NCBI GenBank assembly: GCA_019747795.1
Contig: JAIEQK010000163.1
Span: 2,088 to 66,087, forward strand
From: Gammaproteobacteria bacterium
Lineage (GTDB): Bacteria > Pseudomonadota > Gammaproteobacteria > Ga0077536
DNA: 64,000 nucleotides
Reading direction: 5' to 3'
Shown piece after piece: positions 1 to 10,412 of this stretch. Each line of letters opens with the position of its first letter. Within the stretch, counting starts at the first letter, position 1. The notes under the pieces were generated by a model, which worked only from the letters and a program-made list of their open reading frames with translations, was not told the origin of the DNA and did not search any database. Both the position numbers and the translations under genes were made by a program.

Positions 1-126
1 GCGGATCAGTCCGTACTCGCTCATCGTCGCGCGCAGCACGCCGGTGTGACGCGCATATCGACCATCGAGCGGCGAAAGCGCGGTCAGTTCGGACAGGGGC
101 GGCACGGTGGACGGGGCGGACGACAC
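1..126 (-). CDS. purB: adenylosuccinate lyase, N-terminal ~42 codons only (gene runs off the left edge)
   Basis: Reverse-strand translation VSSAPSTVPPLSELTALSPLDGRYARHTGVLRATMSEYGLIR matches the conserved PurB N-terminus (LTA-SP-DGRY ... SEYGL). GTG at 126-124 is a candidate start; the exact start is uncertain. Confidence 0.7.
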   Translation of the reverse strand, partial: MSSAPSTVPPLSELTALSPLDGRYARHTGVLRATMSEYGLIR

Positions 127-380
127 GAATGGAGCTCCTCGGCGCGGGCGAACAGGGCTTCGCGCGCGGTTATCGACGCGAATGCCGTCATGATACCGCC
201 GCCGCCGGGTGGTTTCGACGCGCGGCTGCGCTATCCTGTGGGCCCGCGTTCCGGCGCGCACCACGAGTGCCCGCCGGCACGGTCCGTTCCAGCCTGGATG
301 TGCAGTTTGATCACGATGCCTTTCGACCCGACGCGCGCGCTCCCGGCCGGGCGCGACGCTCTGTCCGCGACGCCCCGCCC

Positions 381-995
381 ATGAGTTCCAACGCCATCGC
401 CAGCCGCTTTCGCGGCTTCCTGCCCGTCATCGTCGATGTCGAGACCGGCGGCTTCAACCCCGACACCGATGCCCTCCTCGAAATCGCGGCGGTCACGCTC
501 GACGTGGACAGCGAGATCGGCTGGCACCGGCAGGCGACCTTCGCCTTTCACGTCAAGCCCTTTCCGGGCGCCAACCTCGATCGCCGCGCGCTGGAGTTCA
601 ACGGCATCGATCCCTGGCACCCGTTCCGCCTGGCGGTGGAGGAGGGCGACGCGCTGCGCGAGATCTTCATCGCCGTGAAGCGCCAGATCATGGAGCACAT
701 GTGCACCCGCGCGATCCTGGTCGGCCACAATCCGTCGTTCGACCTGTCCTTCGTCAAGGCCGCCGCGTCGCGCAGCGGCATCAAGGATCTGCCCTTTCAC
801 AACTTCAGCACCTTCGACACCGCCGCGCTGTCCGGCGTGGCCTACGGCCAGACCGTGCTGGCGCGCGCGGTGCGCGCGGCGGGCTTCGACTGGGATGCGC
901 AGGCCGCGCATTCCGCCATCTACGACGCCGAACGCACCGCCGACCTGTTCTGCGCGATCGTGAACCGCTGGGACAAGGTGAACGGCAAGCTGTAG
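381..995 (+). CDS. rnt: ribonuclease T (DEDDh 3'-5' exoribonuclease)
   Basis: The ORF is 129-995. The internal ATG at 381 gives MSSNAIASRFRGFLPVIVDVETGGFNP...LLEIAAV...HSAIYDAERTADLF, which is typical RNase T exo motifs and length (204 aa). The upstream 84 codons are not RNase T-like. Confidence 0.9.
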   Translation: MSSNAIASRFRGFLPVIVDVETGGFNPDTDALLEIAAVTLDVDSEIGWHRQATFAFHVKPFPGANLDRRALEFNGIDPWHPFRLAVEEGDALREIFIAVKRQIMEHMCTRAILVGHNPSFDLSFVKAAASRSGIKDLPFHNFSTFDTAALSGVAYGQTVLARAVRAAGFDWDAQAAHSAIYDAERTADLFCAIVNRWDKVNGKL

Positions 996-1076
996 GTCGG
1001 ACTTCAGTCCGACATTCATTCGACGGCTTCGATCAAGGCTCTGGGACTGAATGTCGGACTGAAGTCCGACCTACAG
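990..1076. repeat. REP doublet (two 29-nt GTAG-headed hairpin units in inverted orientation, 29-nt spacer)
   Basis: 990-1018 is CTGTAGGTCGGACTTCAGTCCGACATTCA, and 1048-1076 is its exact reverse complement. Each unit contains the hairpin GTCGGACT-TC-AGTCCGAC. Confidence 0.85.
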
Positions 1077-2381
1077 CAGGCGCTGCCCCCACTCCTCCGC
1101 GGAGGCCTTGAGCCCCAGGACGTCCAGGGTCGCGAGCTGGCGGTTGCGCACCACGTGGCGGCCGGCGACCCATACCTGGGTCACCTGGTCGCGATGCGCG
1201 CTGTAGACGATCTGTGAGACCGGGTCGTAGACCGGACGCGCGCGCAGATCGCCGAGGTCGATGGCGACGAGGTCGGCCTGCTTGCCGACTCCGATGGAGC
1301 CGATGCTGCGTTCGAGACCGAGTGCCTGGGCGCCGTTCCAGGTCGCCATGCGCAGCGCCTGGGCGGCGGGCAGGGCACAGGGGTCGCCAGCCACGCCCTT
1401 GGCGAGCAGCGAGGCGGTGCGCAGCTCGCCCAGCATGTCGAGATCGTTGTTGCTCGCCGCGCCGTCGGTGCCGAGCGCGACGTTGACGCCACGGGCGAGC
1501 AGTTCGGCCACCGGACAGAAGCCGCTGGCGAGCTTCAGGTTGGACTCCGGGCAGTGCACCACCGTCACGCCGCGGGTCGCGAGCAGGTCCATCTCTTCGG
1601 GATCGAGGCAGGTCGCGTGCACCGCGAGCAGCCGCGGCGTGACCAGCCCCAGGCCCTGCAGGCGCCGCAGCGGCCGCAGGCCGTTGGCGGCGATGGCCTG
1701 TTCGACTTCGTCGGCGGTCTCCTGCACGTGCATGTGCACCGGGCAGTCGAGTTCCTCGGCCAGCGTCGCGATGCGGGTGAGCGCGGCGTCGTCCACGGTG
1801 TAGGGCGCGTGGGGCGCGAAGGCGGTGGTGATCAGCGGATGGTCACGATACTGGTCGTGCACCGCCTGGCCCTTGCGGAAGTACTCGTCGACATCGGCCG
1901 CCCAGGCGCTCGGGAAGCCGATCACGATCATGCCGATCACCGCGCGCAGGCCGGCCTCGATGGCGGCGGCCGCAGCCTCGTCGCCGAAGAAGTACATGTC
2001 GTTCATGCAGGTCGTGCCGCCGAGCAGCATCTCGGCCGCGGCGAGGCGCGTGCCGTCGCGCACGAATTCACGGTTCACCGCGCGCGCTTCCGCAGGCCAG
2101 ATGTGATTGGTGAGCCAGTCCATCAGCGGCCGATCGTCGGCCATGCCACGGAACAGGCTCATCGCCGCGTGCGTGTGGGTGTTGACCAGGCCGGGGATCA
2201 GCGCGTGCTCGGGCAGCGTGAGTTCTTCCATCCCCGGGCCGGGGCTGCGCCACTCACTGGTGGGCAGCACCGCGCGGATGGTGGCGTTCTCGATGACCAC
2301 GGTATGGTGCTCTAGCACCTGTCCCGCGGGCTCGACGGGAATGACCCAGCGCGCGTGCAGGGCCTGTGCGTTCGGGACCAT
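1071..2381 (-). CDS. mtaD: 5-methylthioadenosine/S-adenosylhomocysteine deaminase (TRZ/ATZ amidohydrolase family)
   Basis: 436 aa with the amidohydrolase metal motif LVNTHTHAAMSLFRG and later HMHVQET, AVHATC and LGTDGAASNN. It is divergent from mtnA and next to gyrA, as in pseudomonads. Confidence 0.8.
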   Translation of the reverse strand: MVPNAQALHARWVIPVEPAGQVLEHHTVVIENATIRAVLPTSEWRSPGPGMEELTLPEHALIPGLVNTHTHAAMSLFRGMADDRPLMDWLTNHIWPAEARAVNREFVRDGTRLAAAEMLLGGTTCMNDMYFFGDEAAAAAIEAGLRAVIGMIVIGFPSAWAADVDEYFRKGQAVHDQYRDHPLITTAFAPHAPYTVDDAALTRIATLAEELDCPVHMHVQETADEVEQAIAANGLRPLRRLQGLGLVTPRLLAVHATCLDPEEMDLLATRGVTVVHCPESNLKLASGFCPVAELLARGVNVALGTDGAASNNDLDMLGELRTASLLAKGVAGDPCALPAAQALRMATWNGAQALGLERSIGSIGVGKQADLVAIDLGDLRARPVYDPVSQIVYSAHRDQVTQVWVAGRHVVRNRQLATLDVLGLKASAEEWGQRLL

Positions 2382-2443
2382 GAAGTGTCCGGCTGCGTGC
2401 GGTTTCGACTAAAGTACCACAGCACCAATCACGGGACACTTGC

Positions 2444-3484
2444 ATGGCCGCGGCCGCACCACACACGCAACCGATACGCTGGGAGCGGGACCGGCTGGTA
2501 CTGATCGATCAGCGCGTGTTGCCGCGCGAACTGCGCCATGTCGAGTGTCACGACGCGGCGAGCGCGGCCGACGCCATACGCGCAATGGTGGTCCGCGGCG
2601 CGCCGGCCATCGGCATCACGGCGGCCTACGCGGTCGCGCTCTCGGCGCGTGAGCATCACGCGCGCGCGGGTGCGGACTGGCGCGTCGGCGTGACGGCCGA
2701 CATCGCGCTGCTGCGCGCCGCGCGACCGACCGCGGTCAATCTCATGTGGGCCCTCGATCGCATGGCGGCGGCCTGCGCCGCCTGCGCGGGCGAGCCCTTC
2801 CCCGAGTTGCTCGAACTCGCGCAGCGCCTGCACGCGGAGGACCTCGCCGCCAATCACGCCATGGGCGCGTTCGGCGCGAGCCTGATCGCGCCGGGCGCGG
2901 GTGTGCTCACCCACTGCAATGCCGGCGCGCTCGCCACGGCGGGGCACGGCACCGCGCTCGGCGTGATTCGCAGCGCCTGGCGGGACGGGCGCATCGCCGC
3001 GGTCTACGCCGGCGAGACCCGTCCGTGGCTGCAGGGCGCGCGGCTGACGGCCTGGGAGCTGATGCAGGACGGCATTCCGGTCACCTTGATCGCGGACAGC
3101 GCGGCGGCCTGGCTGATGCGCGAGGGCCGCGTGCAGTGGGTCATCACCGGCGCCGACCGGGTGGCGGCCAACGGCGACAGCGCGAACAAGATAGGCACCT
3201 ATGGCCTGGCCACGCTGGCGCGGGCCCACGGCGTGAAGTTCATGATCGTCGCCCCGCTCTCGACCATCGATCCGGCCACGCCGAGCGGTGCCGACATCGA
3301 GATCGAGCATCGCGCGGGCGACGAGCTCACGCAGCTCGGCGGCACGCCGGTGGCGGCCCCCGGTGTCGCGGCCTGGAACCCGGTATTCGACGTCACACCG
3401 GCCGGTTTGATCGATGCGCTGGTGACCGAGAAGGGCGTGATCGAGCGCCCCGACCCGGCGGCCATCGCGCGGCTCTTCGCCTGA
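2444..3484 (+). CDS. mtnA: S-methyl-5-thioribose-1-phosphate isomerase
   Basis: 346 aa. [13 protein letters not shown]...[19 protein letters not shown]...[10 protein letters not shown]...[18 protein letters not shown] is an eIF-2B/MtnA family signature. Confidence 0.9.
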   Translation: MAAAAPHTQPIRWERDRLVLIDQRVLPRELRHVECHDAASAADAIRAMVVRGAPAIGITAAYAVALSAREHHARAGADWRVGVTADIALLRAARPTAVNLMWALDRMAAACAACAGEPFPELLELAQRLHAEDLAANHAMGAFGASLIAPGAGVLTHCNAGALATAGHGTALGVIRSAWRDGRIAAVYAGETRPWLQGARLTAWELMQDGIPVTLIADSAAAWLMREGRVQWVITGADRVAANGDSANKIGTYGLATLARAHGVKFMIVAPLSTIDPATPSGADIEIEHRAGDELTQLGGTPVAAPGVAAWNPVFDVTPAGLIDALVTEKGVIERPDPAAIARLFA

Positions 3485-3596
3485 GCCGGACGTCCGCCCC
3501 GCGGGGGTGCTTCGCGCGCGATTACGGTGTTATACTGCCGCCTTTCCCGTGCTCGGGAAATCTCATAAAAATTCAACACGTTAATTAGCCTTCCCC

Positions 3597-6266
3597 ATGG
3601 CCGATTTCGCGCGCCAGCTGGTGCCTGTCAACATCGAGGACGAGATGCGCCAGTCCTACATGGATTACGCCATGAGCGTAATCGTGGGACGCGCACTTCC
3701 AGACGCCCGCGACGGCTTGAAGCCGGTGCATCGCCGCGTGCTCTTCGCGATGCAGGAAGCGAACAACGTGTGGAACCGGCCCTACGTGAAGTGCGCGCGC
3801 GTGGTCGGCGACGTGATGGGTAAATATCACCCGCACGGCGACAACGCGATCTACGACACGCTGGTGCGCATGGCGCAGGATTTCTCCCTGCGCTACACGC
3901 TGATCGACGGCCAGGGCAACTTCGGTTCGGTGGACGGCGACGCGCCCGCGGCGATGCGCTACACCGAGTGCCGTCTGGACCGCATCGCCAACGAACTGCT
4001 GGCCGACATCGATCGCGAGACGGTCGATTTCACGCCCAACTACGACGGCAAGGAATTCGAGCCGACGGTGCTGCCGTCGCGCATACCGAACCTGCTGGTC
4101 AACGGCTCGAGCGGTATCGCGGTCGGCATGGCGACCAACATCGCGCCGCATAATCTCTCCGAAGTGATCGACGCCTGCGTGGCGCTCATCGACGAGCCGA
4201 CGCTCGATGTCGACGCGCTGATGAAGTACATCCCGGGCCCGGATTTCCCCACCGCCGGCATCATCAACGGCGCGGCGGGCATCCGCGAGGCCTATCGCAC
4301 CGGGCGTGGCCGCATCTACGTGCGCGCCAGGGTCGATATCGAGGATGGCGAGACCGACTTCGCGCGCATCGTCGTCACCGAGCTGCCCTACCAGGTGAAC
4401 AAGGCGCGGCTGATCGAGAAGATTGCCGAGCTGGTCAAAGAGAAGAAGATCGACGGCATCCGGCCCGACGGGCTGCGCGACGAGTCCGACAAGGACGGCA
4501 TGCGCATCGTCATGGAGCTGAAGCGCGGCGAGAGCGCCGAGGTGCTGCTCAACAATCTCTACCGCCACACCCAGATGCAGTCGGTGTTCGGCATCAACAC
4601 CGTCGCCCTGGTGGACGGCCAGCCGCGTACGCTGAACCTGCTCGAACTGCTGGAATGCTTCCTGCGCCATCGCCGCGAGGTGGTGACGCGGCGCACGCTG
4701 TTCGAGGTGCGCAAGGCGCGCGAACGCGCCCATATCCTGGAAGGCCTGGCCGTCGCGCTGGCGAACATCGACCCGATCATCGAGCTGATCAAGGCCTCGC
4801 CCTCACCGGCCGAGGCGCGCGACGCCCTGATGTCCCGTCCCTGGGCGCCGGGCCTGGTGCTGACCATGCTGGAACGCGCCGGCGCCGAGGTCTCGCGCCC
4901 GCAGGACCTGCCGCCGCAGTTCGGCCTGAAGGACGACGGCTACCACCTGTCCGAGCGGCAGGCGCGCGAGATCCTCGACATGCGCCTGCAGCGCCTGACG
5001 GCCCTCGAGCAGGACAAGATCCTGGACGAGTACCGCGAGGTGCTGGCGCGCATCGACGACCTGCTCGACATCCTGCGCCGCCCCGAGCGCCTGATGCAGG
5101 TCATTCGCGACGAACTGCTCGAGATCCGCGAGAACTTCGGCGACCCGCGCCGCACCCAGATCATCGACACCCACGAGAATCTCTCGCTCGAGGACCTGAT
5201 CTCCGAAGAGGACGTGGTGGTGACCCTGTCCCACGCGGGCTACGCCAAGTCGCAGCCCATCGAGGTCTACCGCTCGCAGCGCCGCGGCGGCAAGGGCAAG
5301 ACCGCGACCACCACCAAGGACGAGGATTTCGTCGACAAGCTGTTCGTGGCCAATACCCACGACACCATGCTGTGCTTCTCCAATCACGGCAAACTCTACT
5401 GGCTGAAAGTCTACGAAGTGCCGCAGGCCGGGCGCACCGCGCGCGGCCGGCCGCTGGTCAACCTGCTGCCGCTGGCCGAGAACGAGCGCATCACCGCGGT
5501 GCTGCCGATCAAGGAGTTCGATCCCGAGCTCTACGTGGTGATGGCGACCGCGAGCGGCGTGATCAAGAAGACCTCGCTGGACAGCTTCTCCCGCCCGCGC
5601 ACCGCCGGCATCATCGCCGTCGACCTGGACGAGGACGACCGCCTGGTCGGCGTGGCGCTGACCCAGGGCGCCGCGGATCTCATGCTGGTGACGTCCGCCG
5701 GCAAGGCCGTGCGTTTCTCCGAACGGCACGTGCGCCCCATGGGTCGCCTGGCGCGCGGCGTGCGCGGCATCACGCTGGCTTCCGGCCAGGAAGTGATCGC
5801 GCTCATTCCCATGGAAGGCGAGGGCACGGTGCTGATCGCCACGTCCAAGGGCTACGGCAAGCGCACGCGCTTCGAAGAGTTCCCGGTCAAGGGCCGCGGC
5901 GGCCTCGGCGTGATCGCCATCCAGGAGAGCGAGCGCAATGGCAGCGTGATTGGCGCGGCCGCGGTGAGCGACGACGACGAGATCATGCTGATCAGCGACA
6001 AGGGCACCCTGGTGCGCACCCCCGTGGCCGGTATCTCGGTCATCGGGCGCAACACCCAGGGCGTGCGCCTCATCGCGCTCAGCGAGGGCGAGTCGCTGGT
6101 CGGCGTGTCGACCATCGCGGATCTCGGCGGCATGGTCGGCGACGCCCTGGACGGCGACACCTTGGACGGCGAGGCGGGCGAGGGCGCTGACGAGGCCGGC
6201 GGCGACGAGCCGTCGGATGGTGACGCAAGCGACGCGAGCGAAGCCGAGGGCGGTGACGATGCGTGA
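3597..6266 (+). CDS. gyrA: DNA gyrase subunit A
   Basis: 889 aa. N-terminus is [37 protein letters not shown], with AAMRYTE (active-site Tyr region), C-terminal beta-pinwheel repeats and an acidic Asp/Glu/Gly tail. Confidence 0.97.
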   Translation: MADFARQLVPVNIEDEMRQSYMDYAMSVIVGRALPDARDGLKPVHRRVLFAMQEANNVWNRPYVKCARVVGDVMGKYHPHGDNAIYDTLVRMAQDFSLRYTLIDGQGNFGSVDGDAPAAMRYTECRLDRIANELLADIDRETVDFTPNYDGKEFEPTVLPSRIPNLLVNGSSGIAVGMATNIAPHNLSEVIDACVALIDEPTLDVDALMKYIPGPDFPTAGIINGAAGIREAYRTGRGRIYVRARVDIEDGETDFARIVVTELPYQVNKARLIEKIAELVKEKKIDGIRPDGLRDESDKDGMRIVMELKRGESAEVLLNNLYRHTQMQSVFGINTVALVDGQPRTLNLLELLECFLRHRREVVTRRTLFEVRKARERAHILEGLAVALANIDPIIELIKASPSPAEARDALMSRPWAPGLVLTMLERAGAEVSRPQDLPPQFGLKDDGYHLSERQAREILDMRLQRLTALEQDKILDEYREVLARIDDLLDILRRPERLMQVIRDELLEIRENFGDPRRTQIIDTHENLSLEDLISEEDVVVTLSHAGYAKSQPIEVYRSQRRGGKGKTATTTKDEDFVDKLFVANTHDTMLCFSNHGKLYWLKVYEVPQAGRTARGRPLVNLLPLAENERITAVLPIKEFDPELYVVMATASGVIKKTSLDSFSRPRTAGIIAVDLDEDDRLVGVALTQGAADLMLVTSAGKAVRFSERHVRPMGRLARGVRGITLASGQEVIALIPMEGEGTVLIATSKGYGKRTRFEEFPVKGRGGLGVIAIQESERNGSVIGAAAVSDDDEIMLISDKGTLVRTPVAGISVIGRNTQGVRLIALSEGESLVGVSTIADLGGMVGDALDGDTLDGEAGEGADEAGGDEPSDGDASDASEAEGGDDA

Positions 6267-6340
6267 GGTCGCGCGCCAGCGCGACGCTCGCCGCTGGCGA
6301 CGCTGGCAGGCCAGCGTGCGCGTGGGCTGAGCAGCGGGCG

Positions 6341-7426
6341 ATGTCCACCGAGCAGCGCATCGGCGAACTGCGCGTCGAAATAGACGCGGTCGACGACGAA
6401 CTGCTGCGACTGTTGAACCGCCGCGCGGCGCTCACCATGGAAGTGGGCGAGGTCAAGCGCGCCGACGGCACCGCCACCGAGTTCTACCGGCCCGAGCGCG
6501 AGGCGAGCATTCTGCGCCGCCTGCTGGAACACAATCCCGGCCCGCTGCCCGACGAGGATCTCGTGCGCGTCATGCGCGAGATCATCTCCACCTGCCTGTC
6601 GCTCGAGCAGGCGCTCCGCATCGCCTACCTGGGCCCGGAAGGCACCTACACCCACGCCGCGGTGCTGAAGCACTTCGGCGGCGCCGTTTCACCCATGGCC
6701 TGCGCGCACGTCAGCGAAGTGTTCCGCGACGTCGAGGCGCGCGCCTGCGACTACGGAGTAGTGCCGCTCGAGAACTCGGTCGGCGGCTCGGTGAACCAGA
6801 CGCTGGACAGCCTGGCCGCGTCGCCGCTGCGCATCTGCGCGGAAATCGTGCTCGACGTGCATCATCAGCTGCTCTCGACCCGTGCGGCGCTCGGCGAGAT
6901 CCGGCGCGTGTACGCGCACGAGCAGGCGCTGGCGCAGTGCCGCGGCTGGCTGGACAGCCACCTGCCCGCCGCCGAGCGCATCGCCTTCAGCAGCAATGCC
7001 GCCGCCGCGCAGCGCGCGCGCGAGGACGTCGAAAGCGCCGCCATCGCCAGCGTCGAGGCCGGCCAGCGCTACGGCTTGACCGTGCTGGCCGCGAACATCG
7101 AGGACTTTCCGCACAACACCACACGCTTCGCGGTGCTCGGCCGGGCCATTCCCCGCGCCAGTGGCGACGACCTCACCAGCGTGATGTTCGCCCTGCACAA
7201 CAAGCCGGGCGCGTTGCACGCGATCCTGGCGGTGCTCGCCGAGCGCGGCATCAGCATGTCGCGCATCGAGTCGCGTCCGGCGCGGAACGGCACCTGGGAC
7301 TACCTCTTCTTCGTCGACCTGCGCGGTCACAGTGAAGACCCGGTGATGGCCGCCGCGCTGGCCGAGATCGAGCACCGCGCGATCTCCTTCAAGCTGCTCG
7401 GCAGCTACCCGCGCGCGATCCTCTGA
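6341..7426 (+). CDS. pheA: bifunctional chorismate mutase / prephenate dehydratase (P-protein)
   Basis: The ATG at 6341 gives MSTEQRIGELRVEIDAVDDELLRLLNRRAAL (CM domain), then YLGPEGTYTH...ENS.GG (PDT domain) and a C-terminal ACT domain (ESRP). The track ORF begins 26 codons earlier at 6263 and overlaps the gyrA stop. Confidence 0.92.
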   Translation: MSTEQRIGELRVEIDAVDDELLRLLNRRAALTMEVGEVKRADGTATEFYRPEREASILRRLLEHNPGPLPDEDLVRVMREIISTCLSLEQALRIAYLGPEGTYTHAAVLKHFGGAVSPMACAHVSEVFRDVEARACDYGVVPLENSVGGSVNQTLDSLAASPLRICAEIVLDVHHQLLSTRAALGEIRRVYAHEQALAQCRGWLDSHLPAAERIAFSSNAAAAQRAREDVESAAIASVEAGQRYGLTVLAANIEDFPHNTTRFAVLGRAIPRASGDDLTSVMFALHNKPGALHAILAVLAERGISMSRIESRPARNGTWDYLFFVDLRGHSEDPVMAAALAEIEHRAISFKLLGSYPRAIL

Positions 7427-7445
7427 GCGCGGCGGAACCGCTAGC

Positions 7446-8327
7446 ATGATCGGCAAACTGGTCGTCATCGGCGTCGGCCTGATCGGCGGCTCGCTGGCCT
7501 GCGCGCTGCGCAAGGCCGGGGCGGTCGGTGAGGTCGTGGGCGTCGGTCGCGGTCGCGAGAACCTCGAGCTCGCGGTGCGGCTCGGCGTGGTCGATCGCTA
7601 TGCGCTCGACGCCACCGCGGAAGTCGGCGACGCCGACGTGGTGGTCGTGGGCACCACGCTCGGCGCGACGCGCGGCGTGCTCGAGCGCATCGCGCCGGCG
7701 CTCGGGCCCGATACGGTCGTCACCGACGTCGGCAGCACCAAGGCCAGCGTGGTGGCGGCGGCGCGCGCCGCGCTGGGCGCGCACTTTCCGCGTTTCGTGG
7801 CCGGCCATCCCATCGCCGGCACCGAGCACAGCGGCGCGGGCGCGGCCTTCGCCGAACTGTTCGTCGATCACCGCGTGATCCTGACACCGGTGGCCGAGAC
7901 CGACGGCCGCGCGCTGGCGCGGGTGCGCGCGCTGTGGGAGACGGCCGGGGCGCGGGTGTGCGACATGGCGGTGGAGGATCATGACCGCGTGCTCGCGGCG
8001 ACCTCGCACCTGCCGCACATGCTGGCCTTCACCCTGGTCGACATGCTGGCCTGCGCCGACGACGCGGACGACATCTTCGCCTTCGCCGCGGGCGGCTTTC
8101 GCGACTTCACCCGCATCGCGTCCAGCAACCCGGAGATGTGGCGCGACATCGCGCTCGCCAATGACACCGCGCTGCTCGAACTCTGCCAGTCCTTCAGCGC
8201 GCGCCTCGCGCGCCTCGCTGACGCCATCCGCGCCGGGGACGGCGCGGCGTTGGAACTGTCCTTCCGCCGCGCCAAGGAAGCGCGCGACCGTTGCCTGATC
8301 CCCGAAGCCAATGCACGTCGCCAATGA
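7446..8327 (+). CDS. tyrA: prephenate dehydrogenase
   Basis: 293 aa with the Rossmann motif VVIGVGLIGGSLA and the prephenate/arogenate dehydrogenase core HPIAGTEHSG. It overlaps aroA by 17 nt. Confidence 0.88.
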   Translation: MIGKLVVIGVGLIGGSLACALRKAGAVGEVVGVGRGRENLELAVRLGVVDRYALDATAEVGDADVVVVGTTLGATRGVLERIAPALGPDTVVTDVGSTKASVVAAARAALGAHFPRFVAGHPIAGTEHSGAGAAFAELFVDHRVILTPVAETDGRALARVRALWETAGARVCDMAVEDHDRVLAATSHLPHMLAFTLVDMLACADDADDIFAFAAGGFRDFTRIASSNPEMWRDIALANDTALLELCQSFSARLARLADAIRAGDGAALELSFRRAKEARDRCLIPEANARRQ

Positions 8328-9618
8328 TCTGACCGTCGCGCCCGGCGGCGCGCTCACCGGCCGCCTCACGGTACCGGGTGACAAGTCCGTGTCCCACCGC
8401 TCGGTGATGCTGGGCGCGCTCGCCGACGGCGTGTGCCAGGTGTCGGATTGCCTGCTGGGCGAGGACGTGCTGGCCACCATGGACGCGTTCCGCGCGCTCG
8501 GGGTCGCGGTCGAGAACCACGGCGACGGGCGCCTGACCGTGCACGGCGTGGGGGTGGATGGACTCCGCGCGCCGTCCGCGCCGCTCTACCTCGGCAATTC
8601 CGGCACCTCCATGCGCCTCTTGTCCGGGATCCTCGCCGGCGCCGGGCTGCCCGCGACCCTGACCGGCGATCCCTCGCTCAGCCGGCGGCCGATGCGCCGG
8701 GTGGCCGAGCCCCTGAACCGCATGGGCGCACGCATCGCCACCGCCGAGGGCGGCACGCCGCCGCTGACGCTGGCCGGCGGCGGGCGCCTCCGCGCCATCG
8801 ACTACGTGCTGCCGGTGGCGAGCGCCCAGGTGAAGTCCGCCGTGTTGCTCGCGGGGCTGTTCGCCGACGGCATCACGCGCGTCACCGAGCCGGCCCCGAC
8901 ACGCGACCACACCGAACTCATGCTGCGCGCCTGCGGCGTGGATCTCACGGTCGAGCATGGCACCGTCAGCCTGCGCGGCGGCCAGCGTCTCGCGCCGTTC
9001 GACATCCAGGTGCCGGCCGACATCTCCTCGGCGGCATTCTTCATCGTTGGCGCGGCCATCGCGCCCGGCAGCGCGCTGACCCTGCCGGCGGTGGGGGTCA
9101 ATCCCACCCGCACCGGCATCCTCGACATCATGGACGCCATGGGCGCGCGCATCGACCACGGCCAGCCGCGCGCCTGCGGCGCCGAGCCGGTCGCGGATCT
9201 CACCATCCACGGTGGGCCGCTGCGGGGCATCGAGATACCGGCGGCCGCCGTGCCGCTCGCCATCGACGAATTCCCGGCCATATTCATCGCCGCCGCCTGT
9301 GCGGACGGCCGCACCGTGCTGCACGGCGCGGAGGAACTGCGCCACAAGGAGAGCGACCGCATCGCGGTCATGGCGCGCGGGCTCGCGGCGCTCGGCATCG
9401 CCTGCGAGGTGTTCGACGACGGCATCGCCATCGAGGGTGGCCAGCTCCAGGGCGGTGAGATCGACGCGGAGGGTGACCACCGCATCGCGATGTCGTTTGC
9501 CATGGCGGCGCTCCGCGCGAGCGGCCCGGTCACCATCCACAACGCGGCCAACATCGCCACCTCCTTCCCGAGCTTCGTCGCCGACGCGCGCGCGGTCGGG
9601 CTCAGGATCCAGGCCTGA
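8311..9618 (+). CDS. aroA: 3-phosphoshikimate 1-carboxyvinyltransferase (EPSP synthase)
   Basis: 435 aa. LTVPGDKSVSHRSVMLGALA, LGNSGTSMRLL, ELRHKESDRI and DHRIAMSFA are canonical EPSPS motifs. Confidence 0.95.
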   Translation: MHVANDLTVAPGGALTGRLTVPGDKSVSHRSVMLGALADGVCQVSDCLLGEDVLATMDAFRALGVAVENHGDGRLTVHGVGVDGLRAPSAPLYLGNSGTSMRLLSGILAGAGLPATLTGDPSLSRRPMRRVAEPLNRMGARIATAEGGTPPLTLAGGGRLRAIDYVLPVASAQVKSAVLLAGLFADGITRVTEPAPTRDHTELMLRACGVDLTVEHGTVSLRGGQRLAPFDIQVPADISSAAFFIVGAAIAPGSALTLPAVGVNPTRTGILDIMDAMGARIDHGQPRACGAEPVADLTIHGGPLRGIEIPAAAVPLAIDEFPAIFIAAACADGRTVLHGAEELRHKESDRIAVMARGLAALGIACEVFDDGIAIEGGQLQGGEIDAEGDHRIAMSFAMAALRASGPVTIHNAANIATSFPSFVADARAVGLRIQA

Positions 9619-10292
9619 TGGCCGCGCCGGTCATCGCCATCGACGGGCCGAGCGGCACCGGCAAGGGCACCATCGCCCGCCTGCTCAAGGCCTGGCTCGG
9701 CTGGCACCTGCTCGATTCGGGGGCGCTGTACCGGGTCACCGCCTGCCACGCCGAGGCGCGGGGCGTGGCCCTGGACGACGCGCAGGCGGTGGCCGCGCTG
9801 GCGTTGAACCTGCCGGTTGGCTTCGTCGAGCACCCTGCGGACACGCACGTCCTGCTGGAAGGGGTGGATGTCACCGACCGCATCCGCAGCGAAGCCGCCG
9901 GCGCCGCGGCGTCCCGCGTGGCGGCCCTCGGGCCAGTCCGCGACGCGCTGCTGGCGCGCCAGCGGGCCTTCCGTCAGCCGCCCGGACTCGTCGCCGACGG
10001 GCGCGACATGGGGACCGTCGTGTTCCCCGACGCCGAGCTCAAGATCTACCTCACCGCGAGCGCCGAGGAACGGGCCCGCAGGCGCTATAAGCAGTTGAAT
10101 GAAAAAGGGATGGGTGTTACCTTTCCGCAGCTTATAGAGGACATCGCCGAGCGGGATCGTCGCGACGAACAGCGCGCCATTGCCCCTCTTAAGCCGGCCA
10201 CCGACGCCATCATCCTCGATACGACCGATAGCGATATCGCCACCGTGGTCGACCATGTGAAGCGGCTGGTGCGGAAAACTGGCCTGGCCTGA
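9618..10292 (+). CDS. cmk: cytidylate kinase
   Basis: 224 aa with the P-loop IAIDGPSGTGKGT, then DSGALYR. The start overlaps the aroA stop (TGATG). Confidence 0.93.
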   Translation: MAAPVIAIDGPSGTGKGTIARLLKAWLGWHLLDSGALYRVTACHAEARGVALDDAQAVAALALNLPVGFVEHPADTHVLLEGVDVTDRIRSEAAGAAASRVAALGPVRDALLARQRAFRQPPGLVADGRDMGTVVFPDAELKIYLTASAEERARRRYKQLNEKGMGVTFPQLIEDIAERDRRDEQRAIAPLKPATDAIILDTTDSDIATVVDHVKRLVRKTGLA

Positions 10293-10412
10293 CGCGCGAG
10301 CCTCGGGCGCCGGGCCGTCCGATCAACACAACTTGTTTTGGGAGACGAGAAGGTCTGCGTCCTCGCCCCGCGCATGCGGCGGCGGTCGGGCAGGCGTTCG
10401 TTTTTAAAATAT

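Noticed and set aside
129-380. N-terminal extensions of track ORFs. Examples are rnt 129-380, pheA 6263-6340, rpsA 10338-10412, lapB 12690-12875, csiV 18210-18320, cyaA 24334-24699, thiL 30193-30306, the SoxYZ-like gene 30833-31327, glnK 38659-38721, gcvT 54657-54860 and gcvP 56481-56528.
   Set aside because: The extensions overlap upstream genes or lack similarity to the protein family. In each case an internal ATG or GTG reproduces the canonical N-terminus.
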